A stretch of DNA of 32,000 bases, from the NCBI RefSeq assembly GCF_016127575.1, contig NZ_CP066020.1:421478-453477 (forward strand). Direction: 5' to 3'. The DNA comes from Cupriavidus necator. Its GTDB lineage: Bacteria > Pseudomonadota > Gammaproteobacteria > Burkholderiales > Burkholderiaceae. The notes under the pieces were generated by a model, which did no database searches, was not told the DNA's origin, and was given only the letters and a program-made list of their open reading frames with translations. The translations under genes and the position numbers were made by a program. Shown one piece after another: positions 1-7,786 of this stretch. Position 1 is the stretch's first letter. Every line of letters starts with the position of its first letter.

Positions 1-33
1 GGGGAAGGGCTTGGTACGCAGCCACAGATGGAG

Positions 34-217
34 CAAGGTCACCAAGATTGTCCGTAATTGCGGCAACAACAGGCTCGCTGAGATCGCTGGATTGACCCTA
101 CACGGGCAACAAGGTCATCAGAATTGTCTGTCCGGTTGCTGGAGTGGGAGCCAAGGTCACAAGATTTGTACGATCTGGGCCTCTAACCATCTGGCAAGGT
201 CACCAGAATTGTGCGAG
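34..217 (+). repeat. Four direct copies of a 22-23 bp motif, consensus CAAGGTCAC(C)ARRATTGTNCG, at 34-56, 110-132, 152-173 and 195-217
   Basis: Read directly: caaggtcaccaagattgtccgta, caaggtcatcagaattgtctgtc, caaggtcacaagatttgtacga, caaggtcaccagaattgtgcgag. The last three start 42-43 bp apart. A degenerate copy may lie near 68-90. The array may continue upstream of the window. Confidence 0.85.
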
Positions 218-372
218 CTACCCGCGGGTTACTGGCGGAAGGCACATTGCGCAGCAGTCACCTATGGAGTTGTCAAGAAGTTGGTGGCCTTTTTTTGCCA
301 GTTGCCGGTGATGAGTATTCCGCAGCAGCCAAAGTCGCCGGTCTTCATCCGTTGTTTTAAGGGATAGCAACG

Positions 373-527
373 CCCGTAGGAACGTGGTGACCTTTTCCGC
401 ATAGCGATGCGTACAATTTTGGTGACTTTGCCCGGGTAAGGTCGCTAGTAGAAGAACTCCGCTGCGGGCCCGACGCTAATCTGCAGAACCACAAAACAGT
501 GAATTCGTACAATTGATGGTGACTTTG
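373..527 (-). repeat. Inverted-orientation copies of the same 22-23 bp motif at 409-430 and 505-527, plus a degenerate copy at 373-394
   Basis: The reverse complements read caaagtcaccaaaattgtacgc and caaagtcaccatcaattgtacga. The 373-394 copy reads aaggtcaccacgttcctacggg. They face the direct array across about 200 bp, upstream of parA. Confidence 0.8.
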
Positions 528-785
528 CCTATTACCCAAGGATTCACCGGTCGTGGTGCGCCGTTCGGTGTCTTCCGCGTGCGGTCTTTATGGAGGCGAC
601 GGCTTAAGTCAATCTTTTCCCCCGCGTGAGTTACGCTCTGGGCCGGACTGGCCTCATCAGATACGGCGAATCGCGCACATAGAGCCCCCCTGGGCGTCAC
701 TTTTTCGCCAAAAGTGCGTACAAATACGTGAAGTTTCCCCGTTGGTCGCGTATTCTACGTTTCATCCTGAATTTCACATGGAACG

Positions 786-1988
786 TTGAATATGGTGGTG
801 AAGAGCGAATTAACCGAGATTGACCGGACTGTCACGATTGGTTCAATGAGTGACTTTTCGAAGAAGCTTCAAAAACTTACTGAGGAACTTCGCGAACATA
901 TCCTGGCACCTCGCCCTCGGAAAAGTCCGCCCACGTTCACCTCCACCCAGGTTGCCGAAATGTGCGGTATCGACCGTGCGCGGCTTCATTATCTGGCAAC
1001 GAAAGACGGGAGCACACTTCCGGCCGGTGAGCTTCATGGGCGCGTACGCCAATTTACGCTTGGTGAGACTCGGAAGTGGGTTCAACAAGCTTCACAGGTG
1101 AAGCCGTCCCCGCTACTAAGAAAGGGCGAAGCGGATGGTCGCGTTCTGATTTCTGCCAACTTCAAGGGTGGTAGTTGCAAGACGACTTCGAGTATGTGCC
1201 TGGCGCAGGGATTAAGTTTGCGCGGCCGCAAGGTGCTGCTGGTTGACTTGGACCCTCAGGCATCGCTGACCGAATTGTGCGGCCTGTATGCCGAGAAGAT
1301 GATTGTCGAGGAAAGCACCGTTCTGCCGTACATCTACAGCCCTGAAGACTTTACGCTTGAGAGCGTCATTCAGGAGACGTATTGGGATGGGGTTGATGTC
1401 ATCCCTGCGCATCCATCTTTGTTCTCCGCCGAGTTTCATATCCCGGCGATGGCAAGCAAGTCGGCGAATTATCGCTTCTGGACGCTGTTACGTAAGGGCT
1501 TGGAGCCACTTCGAAAAAAATACGACTATATCGTGTTGGATTCGGCACCTTCGCTATCCTACCTGACTATCAACGGCCTGATGGCTGCGGACGCCATGGT
1601 GATGCCTTTGGTGCCGGAAAGTCTCGACTTCATTAGCTCGGTATCGTTCTGGAGTCTGTTCTCCGATATGGCGGACAGCTTCAAGAACATCGAAGGAAAC
1701 AAAACCTACGACTTTGTGAGCATTCTGCTTTCGAAGGTTGACTATGGCGTAGCGTCTTCGGCTCCGATAGTTCGCTCCTGGGTACAACGAGCCTATGGCG
1801 ATTGGATGAGCCCAATTGAAGTGCCGGCGAGCTCCGTGATGAGTAACGGGGCTCTCGCACTTGCGACGGTCTTCGACATTAGTAAGTTCGAGGGCAGCAA
1901 CAAGACATTCCAGCGTGTGCGCATTCCGTTCGACGAATATTGCCGTTGGGTGGATGAGTTTTACGCCGGAAAGTGGGAGGACGCTTAA
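786..1988 (+). CDS. parA: ParA-family partition ATPase with a roughly 110 aa N-terminal extension (type Ia, plasmid/chromid-like)
   Basis: 400 aa ORF with the deviant Walker A motif NFKGGSCKTTSS and the VLLVDLDPQASL and IVLDSAPSLSYL motifs. The TTG at 786 is followed by an ATG at 792, and either could be the start. The stop abuts the parB ATG (TAAATG). Confidence 0.9.
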   Translation: MNMVVKSELTEIDRTVTIGSMSDFSKKLQKLTEELREHILAPRPRKSPPTFTSTQVAEMCGIDRARLHYLATKDGSTLPAGELHGRVRQFTLGETRKWVQQASQVKPSPLLRKGEADGRVLISANFKGGSCKTTSSMCLAQGLSLRGRKVLLVDLDPQASLTELCGLYAEKMIVEESTVLPYIYSPEDFTLESVIQETYWDGVDVIPAHPSLFSAEFHIPAMASKSANYRFWTLLRKGLEPLRKKYDYIVLDSAPSLSYLTINGLMAADAMVMPLVPESLDFISSVSFWSLFSDMADSFKNIEGNKTYDFVSILLSKVDYGVASSAPIVRSWVQRAYGDWMSPIEVPASSVMSNGALALATVFDISKFEGSNKTFQRVRIPFDEYCRWVDEFYAGKWEDA

Positions 1989-2975
1989 ATGAATATGCGC
2001 AAGCGCATGCTGGAGCAAACCGCAAATTTGACTCCTGCTAATGAAATCAAAGTGGAAATCGCCCCCCAAGTTGCAGACCGGCCGAAAACTGCACCAGGGA
2101 TGATGGCGGCCTTGAGTGCGGCACAGCTTCGGATTCAAGAATTGGAGTCCCAAGGGGCTGCAAGCACCGTTCCGGTCGAGAAGATTCGGCCGAATCCCTG
2201 GCAGCCGCGGATAAAGTTTGACGAGAGCAGTCTCACTGAGCTCGCGGAGAGCATTAAGGAACTGGGCCTAATGCAGCCCATTCTCGTTCGACGAGTCACG
2301 CCGGACAACGGAGAATCCTATTTCGAGCTGATTGCCGGTGAGCGCCGTTGGCGCGCTCACCAGGTGCTGGGTCTACAAGAAATCAAGGCGCTCATCACGG
2401 ATGCGTCAGATGCAGATATGGCCGTCCTCGCTTTGGCCGAGAATGTCAGCCGTGAAGACCTCACCGACTACGAAATTGGCAAGGCGATGCGCCGTGCCGA
2501 GAAGGAATTTCCAGACAGGAAGCGGATGGCTGAATCCATGGGGATGAGCCGGAGCACGCTCTATCGATATTTTGCCTTCGACAATCTACCCGAATTCATG
2601 CGTGTAGATCTGGAGAAGAACCCTTCGCTTTTCAGCGGTACCGCGGCAAGTGACACCTACGCCGTGCTCAAGAAGCATGGCGAGCCAGCTGTTGCAGCGG
2701 CTCGCGAGGTCTGGAAGCAACTTGTAGATGGTAGCCTTGAGCAGTCGAAGGTCGCCAAGCTGCTGGAGGCTTCGCTACTTCGTCGTGAAGCGACGCCTGT
2801 AACTTCCCAGCGTGACATTCATAAAGTCTATGCCGGCAAGACTCAGGCCGGCAGTATTACCAAGGACTCCGTGAGCTTTACCGTAAAGCTTAAAAGTGCT
2901 GTCCTGACTGCCGCTCAAGAGGAGCGGATACGGACGGTTATCAATGAACTTTTCGACGGAGGACCGCAACGTTAA
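1989..2975 (+). CDS. parB: ParB/Spo0J-family partition protein
   Basis: 328 aa with the ParB box IRPNPWQPR and the arginine patch LIAGERRWRA, followed by an HTH-like segment (MGMSRSTLYRY). It sits immediately downstream of parA. Confidence 0.9.
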   Translation: MNMRKRMLEQTANLTPANEIKVEIAPQVADRPKTAPGMMAALSAAQLRIQELESQGAASTVPVEKIRPNPWQPRIKFDESSLTELAESIKELGLMQPILVRRVTPDNGESYFELIAGERRWRAHQVLGLQEIKALITDASDADMAVLALAENVSREDLTDYEIGKAMRRAEKEFPDRKRMAESMGMSRSTLYRYFAFDNLPEFMRVDLEKNPSLFSGTAASDTYAVLKKHGEPAVAAAREVWKQLVDGSLEQSKVAKLLEASLLRREATPVTSQRDIHKVYAGKTQAGSITKDSVSFTVKLKSAVLTAAQEERIRTVINELFDGGPQR

Positions 2976-2999
2976 CAGTTGTCGTCTCCAGACTATTCG

Positions 3000-3023
3000 A
3001 ACCCCTCACTGAGGGGTTTTTTT
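3000..3023 (+). terminator. Rho-independent terminator after parB
   Basis: The stem aacccctc / gaggggtt has a 3 nt loop and is followed by a 7-T run (3017-3023). It lies 25 bp after the parB stop. Confidence 0.75.
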
Positions 3024-3042
3024 GTGTTCTGAGTCGGAGTGG
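3024..3042. repeat. Degenerate copy of the GTGTTCCGA-N-TCGGAACAC palindrome
   Basis: gtgttctgagtcggagtgg. The left arm matches 8 of 9 positions; the right arm is weaker. Confidence 0.35.
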
Positions 3043-3107
3043 CCTTGTCAGAAGCGGAGTTTGTCGGTGCGAACGGTGCAATGTGGTCCCATCGACAGCC
3101 CGAGCAA

Positions 3108-3128
3108 CGTGTTCCGAGTCGGAACACG
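3108..3128. repeat. Perfect 21 bp palindrome CGTGTTCCGA-G-TCGGAACACG, a candidate parS centromere site
   Basis: Read directly: 10 bp arms around a central G. It lies 133 bp downstream of the parB stop, in a gene-less region. Confidence 0.7.
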
Positions 3129-3641
3129 ACGTCATCAGGCACACGATCCCAAACGATTCGAACGGCTGCACCGATGCGCTCATCGACGCCTCCGGGTGTA
3201 CTGGAAGCCGGCGCGCCGCATAGTCGAAGCCTACTTCGAGTTGATGTTGAACCCGCACATCCATTGCGTGCCTCGGTGCAAGAGCGACTTCAACACGCGA
3301 TGCGGATTGATCTGCTCGCCCATAGCCTGATCCGGTCGAGCTTCGAGCCTCACCCCACGATGCTCACGCAGCATCTGGATACCATTGGAGCCTCGGAGCA
3401 CACGCCCGCCAACTAGACGCCATCGTGGGACAAGCGTTGGCGCCGATCCGATTGCACGCTCGCCTGCTGACCTACCTCTCTGAGGTGAGCAACATGACCG
3501 CTCCGCTCCTGTTGGTTGAGATCGTCTCGGAACGGCGCGTTAACAAAAGCACTATCGCCTGCCCAAACGACTCACGGCTTTGCTGCCAACAGGAGACCCC
3601 CCAGATGAATAACGCTTCCGAGTAAGTCACTGGAAGGCTTC

Positions 3642-3660
3642 GTGTTCCGACTCGGAACAC
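3642..3660. repeat. Perfect 19 bp palindrome GTGTTCCGA-C-TCGGAACAC, the second candidate parS site
   Basis: It has the same 9 bp arms as the 3108-3128 site. The flanks gcttc / gaagc extend the symmetry with a 1 nt bulge (3637-3666). Confidence 0.7.
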
Positions 3661-3716
3661 CGAAGCTCAAAGGTCTGAAGCAGCATCACCCGACTAAGGC
3701 GGGTCGTGCGGGTGTC

Positions 3717-3735
3717 CGTGTTCTGACTTGGAACG
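3717..3735. repeat. Degenerate copy of the same palindrome
   Basis: gtgttctgacttggaacgc has three mismatches to the perfect 19-mer. Confidence 0.4.
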
Positions 3736-4095
3736 CAGCTGAGTTTGTCCCGGCGATACCTCGGGCGAGCGCATTATGGGCGTCAATGGAGGTCGCTTAC
3801 GGGGACCCTTGTAGGGCAGGCACTGCAAACGGACAGCAGCAATAGCTTTGCGGCGCAAGATCGCGCTGTTATGGAGCGCTGACGGCCGAGGACACGTCGC
3901 CTGAAAGAGTGCGACATGATAAAGGCGGGCGCCGAGCGCCGGCTCTCATAGGGGGACCGAGTTTGGCATCCGTGGCCACACCTCTCAATGAGTTGCCTTA
4001 CGTCACCCAGAGCTTGCATGCCCCGGATTCGTCTCGTCTCAACTTGCGACATACCCTCGCGGGATCCCGCGACACGATGGCGCAAGGACCGACAG

Positions 4096-4247
4096 CAAGG
4101 TCACAAAGTTTGTACGAATCCTAGTTGCAAGGCCTCCGTAAGCCCTGTGCGCGGACTTGTTTAGCGCCGGACTCTGCCGCTAACGGACAATCGACGGTGA
4201 CCTTGCCTGTTGGGGAGCATCGGAACAGAACAATATTGGTGACCTTG
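4096..4247. repeat. Second cluster of the 22-23 bp CAAGGTCACC...ATTGT motif: 4096-4118 direct, 4183-4205 and 4225-4247 inverted
   Basis: The direct copy reads caaggtcacaaagtttgtacgaa. The reverse complements of the inverted copies read caaggtcaccgtcgattgtccgt and caaggtcaccaatattgttctgt. This is the same family as 34-527. Confidence 0.8.
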
Positions 4248-4672
4248 CGAGAGCCTGCCTGCCGCGCTACGCATTCCGCTGCCTCCACAGAAGGATTCCG
4301 GATCGGGGGCATCCTGGAAAGGTCAACGCGCTCCCGTACTCGCCGGCTGAGTGCCATTGCCCGTCTGTTGGCCAGAAGGGCAGTGAGGGGGCCCGGCGCC
4401 GCAAAGGGCTTGCCGGCGAACGCACAAGCCACTTCTTCCAGTGCCTAGTGGGTGGCGTCGTGCTAGCGTTGCGGTGACCCAAGGGCGGGCCGTACGTCGG
4501 TCATGGCACGCCAGCTGCAGCAGATGCGTGGCATGCGCATGCTGCAGTCAGTGCGTCGACGCGGCGCGCTGCCTGGGCCACCTGCTCGCCTTGGCCCTCG
4601 CGCTCCAGGCGGTCGGCCGCCTCGGCGAAAGCCGCGCGCGCGATCGCGTAGACACCCAGTCCTGGAAAGCCG

Positions 4673-6529
4673 CTAACTTTGGATGCTGTACAGCTTCGCC
4701 ATGGCGGCAATACCGCGCCTGCGTTCCGCGCGGACATACAGCGAGGTCGTTTGCAGCGAGGCGTGGCCCAACAGCCTTTGGAGGACATCGGTGGGGATAT
4801 CGTTGGCCACCGCGTGCGTGGCGAAGGTGTGCCGCAGCGCATGGGGCGCGGCCTTGCGCAGCAAGTGGCGCTCGGCCTCGTCAATCGGCAGGGTACTGTC
4901 TTCCGCGATGCGAAGCAGCGTGGTTGTCAGCACCCGGTAAAGCCCGTCTGGCGAAAATCCCTCTCCGCTCAGGACCGGCAAGCCCTCCCGCAGCGTCAGG
5001 TGCTTGCTGCGGGCGGTGCGCGTCGAGGGCAGCGACACCGGCGACAGCAACGCCAGATCCTGGTGCACGTCTTCAAAATCGTGGCCCCGATCGGCCCAGT
5101 GCGCCCGCAGCGCCTCGATCACGCGTGGCGGCAGGAACACCGTGCGCCATTTGCCGCGCTTGCCGAGCAGCGCCAACTCCCACAGGCCATCGGGGATGCC
5201 GGCCTGCTCGGGGACGGGCTTCAGGTGACTGCGGCGCGCGCGGGCGACCTCCTCCCGGCGCGCCCCACTGCAGCCCATCAGCAGCACCGCTGCGCGCGCT
5301 AGGCGACATTGCGCACCCGGTGTGTCGGCGTCCTTTGCGCTCAGCGGGCCGGCTGGCGCCGTCGCGCTGAACCTGACACAAAGCCGGTCGAGGAGGCCGT
5401 CGCGCCGCGTCAGCGACTCCCACAGCTGACCGGGCAAGGCCTTGTCGATCGCCATCGGCACCTCTCGCTGCGCGATGATGGGATCCTTGACCATCAGCCA
5501 GGGATTGCCGCCCAGATAGCGCACGCCCACCAGCCAGGCAAAGAAACCCCGCAGCACCAGCACCGCATAGCGCTGCGACTCCGGCTGGAGCGGGCCGGCG
5601 AAGGGGCGCCAGCGCGCGGAGGCGCGTGGCGCCTTGGTGCCGATCCACGCCGGGTCCGGCTGCGCCAGGAAGTCCTTGTAGCGCTCGCAGTCGTCGGCGC
5701 CCACGCTCGACAGCGCGGTGCGGCGAGCGCAGATGCACCAGAGCAGGAAGCGCTCCAGTTCCTTCTGGTAGGCGCGGGCGGTCTTGTCCCGCTCGCGGAA
5801 GCGGGATAGGTAGGCCTGCACGGCCTCCAGGTCGTCGCGTGCCGCGATCAGGCACCAGCCGGGCGCGCGATTGCGGCCCTCGCTGCCGTCGAGGGCCGGC
5901 ACCACCCGCCGCACCTGCTCCAGCGGGACCAGACAGCTAGCGCCGTCCGCTCCCAGGTCCACGCGGTCCTCGCGCGGCGTGTCGTCGGCCACCACCAGGG
6001 TGCCCAGCGCTTCCGCCTGGGCCTGCAGCCACCGCTCGATCGCCCGTGCCTTGCCCGTGCCCAGCCGCGGCACCGGTAGATACCAGCGCTTGCCGCGCAA
6101 CGTGATGTACGCCATCAGCTGCGCCAGCGTCTGAATGTCCTCCTGCCGCAACGCGCGCGACACGATGGGGCGGAACCAGGCGGACACCGGGTCTTCGGGC
6201 TGCGGCCGCGACACGTCGTGGTCGGCGGCGCGCACCAGGTAGTCAATGGCGGTCTTCGGCCAGCGATTGAAGCGCCGTGCATCCGCCAGGCTTGCCGACA
6301 GGTATGGATTGCTCAGGCAGACGCGTTCGACCAGATGGTCGCGCATCGCATCGAGCCGGGCCTCCAGCTGCGCCGGCGTGCCGATGCCGGCCTTGGCCAG
6401 CGCTTCCTCGTCATAGACGCGCTCGAGGATATGCGCGGTCGGAATGCGGTTGAGCCGAAAGCGCAGGGCCGTGAAGTCGGCGCGGGTATAGCGAATGACG
6501 GTGGTGGCGACCTGGTTGTGTTGGGCCAT
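4673..6529 (-). CDS. Tyrosine-type site-specific recombinase/integrase with an unusually long N-terminal region
   Basis: 618 aa. The C-terminal catalytic signature is present: GARREEV (Arg box), HALRHTFATH (HxxR) and LLGHASLQTTSLYV (His...Tyr). About 350 aa precede the catalytic domain. The long overlapping ORFs on both strands are GC-rich artefacts. Confidence 0.9.
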   Translation of the reverse strand: MAQHNQVATTVIRYTRADFTALRFRLNRIPTAHILERVYDEEALAKAGIGTPAQLEARLDAMRDHLVERVCLSNPYLSASLADARRFNRWPKTAIDYLVRAADHDVSRPQPEDPVSAWFRPIVSRALRQEDIQTLAQLMAYITLRGKRWYLPVPRLGTGKARAIERWLQAQAEALGTLVVADDTPREDRVDLGADGASCLVPLEQVRRVVPALDGSEGRNRAPGWCLIAARDDLEAVQAYLSRFRERDKTARAYQKELERFLLWCICARRTALSSVGADDCERYKDFLAQPDPAWIGTKAPRASARWRPFAGPLQPESQRYAVLVLRGFFAWLVGVRYLGGNPWLMVKDPIIAQREVPMAIDKALPGQLWESLTRRDGLLDRLCVRFSATAPAGPLSAKDADTPGAQCRLARAAVLLMGCSGARREEVARARRSHLKPVPEQAGIPDGLWELALLGKRGKWRTVFLPPRVIEALRAHWADRGHDFEDVHQDLALLSPVSLPSTRTARSKHLTLREGLPVLSGEGFSPDGLYRVLTTTLLRIAEDSTLPIDEAERHLLRKAAPHALRHTFATHAVANDIPTDVLQRLLGHASLQTTSLYVRAERRRGIAAMAKLYSIQS

Positions 6530-6913
6530 GGCAGTAGGAGTCGGCAGGTGGCCTCATCTTACCTGATAACAATATGCTGCCGTACTCTGTCCCGGATTGT
6601 CGCAGGCCACGTTGCGGTCGCGGAGTAGCATGGGGGACTCCCTGCGCAGCCCCACCGGCCGGGGCCACCAGACCACCGGGCTCGCGACCGGACACCGGAG
6701 GGAGGAGATCCCAGCCGCGCAGCACCACCGGCAGGTAGCGGGGTGGTCGCCGGCGCATTTTGTGGCTACACTGGTGCTGTCCAACGGTCGAAAATGAGCT
6801 TGGCCGCGCTGGATTGCCATTCTCTTTCCTGGCCAGCGCCGTGCTTGCGGCGGACGCGCCGCCCCCGATCCCCGAAGTGAAGCCAGCAAAACCCGGCAAA
6901 ATCCACAAAAATT

Positions 6914-6943
6914 CAAGCCTGATAATACGCGTTATCAGGCTTG
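6914..6943. promoter_or_regulatory. Perfect 12-6-12 bp inverted repeat CAAGCCTGATAA-tacgcg-TTATCAGGCTTG, a candidate tyrosine-recombinase core site
   Basis: Read directly. It sits in a locally AT-rich patch 385 bp upstream of the recombinase start. An additional half-site-like CCTGATAA lies at 6562-6569. Confidence 0.45.
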
Positions 6944-7536
6944 ATGGTAAAAGAGATCTATGGTGCACTTCCTCATTCGCCGCTCACACAACTAAAGAAT
7001 GTAACGCTCGTCCGCGCGGCCGAACCCTGCCGCCTGGTCGTTGGCCCCGGCCCTGTCACCATGATGGCGCGCGCGGGCCAGAAACCAAAGGGTCATCCTC
7101 CGCGGCGGGCAAGATCCGGCAGGGCGCGCGCACGCCGTGAAGTGTTATTACCGGCTAATCGAGGGCGGCCCACGGGGCCGGTGTTCCGCCGAGCCAGCTG
7201 GCCGCCTATACAGTCCGACAGCTGAGCCGCCCGCGGCTTTTTCACGGCCGTCGAAAGCGCCTCCCACGGAGCGGCGACTAGGCCAAGTGTGGCGCTGGCC
7301 AGGTGAACGGCACCTTGGGCGGAGTCTTTCTCTGGGACCTGGTGGTGCCAATTGGCAATCGCCGGGCGAGGAGGGCGTGGTTGTCTGCTGGCTGGAGGGC
7401 GGTGTAAGCGTTGCCGGATGGCAGAGGGAGGAATTCCGCCACATCGAATCCGCGTATGGCGAACTAGCCACAGGCACCAGGCCGTTGTAAGATCACGGCA
7501 ACTAATAACCCAAGCAGTTTAGGTTTGGTACAATCA

Positions 7537-7786
7537 ATGCCGACGGTCCTATCGATTTTCGGCCTGCGCGTGGTGATCTACCCCAACGACCATCGCCCGG
7601 CCCATGTCCACGTGATGGGCAAAGGCTGCGAAGCCGTCTTCAACCTGCACTGCCCGGCGGGGCCGCCGGAACTGCGCGAGAACTATGGCTTTTCGGCCAG
7701 GGACCCTGGGGAAAATCATCGACGCACTGGTCGCCCATCTGGCGGCGTTGTGCCGCGACTGGAGAGGCATCCATGGAAATTACTGA
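7537..7786 (+). pseudogene. DUF4160-family small protein gene interrupted by a 1 nt frameshift
   Basis: The N-terminal part MPTVLSIFGLRVVIYPNDHRPAHVHV...RENYGFSARD is in one frame. The family-like C-terminus LGKIIDALVAHLAALCRDWRGIHGNY* is in the +1 frame and ends at 7786. Removing one base from the C-run 7704-7706 or the G-run 7708-7711 restores a single ORF of about 82 aa. Confidence 0.65.

Noticed and set aside
3022-3845. ORFs 3022-3330, 3039-3416, 3472-3660 (minus) and 3642-3845 in the parB-downstream gap
   Set aside because: They are short and overlapping with no RBS. Two of them (MFRVGTR..., MFRLGT...) are mirror readings of the same palindrome, so the apparent similarity comes from the DNA repeat, not from protein families.
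4441-6134. Long ORFs overlapping the recombinase gene on both strands (for example 4441-5370 plus strand 309 aa, 5073-5855 minus strand 260 aa, 4679-5302 plus strand 207 aa)
   Set aside because: Their translations are Arg/Ala/Pro/Gly-rich low-complexity text, typical of off-frame reading in high-GC DNA. The 618 aa frame alone carries a recognisable catalytic signature.
6899-6907. DnaA-box-like aaatccaca in the AT-rich patch
   Set aside because: It is a single 7/9 match to TTATCCACA with no cluster of boxes, which is too weak to call an origin.
7225-7242. Terminator-like hairpin agccg-cccg-cggct followed by ttttt
   Set aside because: The stem is only 5-6 bp and no credible gene or mapped transcript ends there. 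The 94 aa ORF ending at 7225 is Arg/Pro-rich and not protein-like. I kept it as a note only.
6530-7520. A tRNA gene or att site expected next to an integrase
   Set aside because: Reading both strands of 6530-7520 and 4441-4672, I found no T-loop (GGTTCGAATCC-like) or acceptor-stem pattern and no direct repeat pair. An integrative-element interpretation is therefore unsupported within this window.
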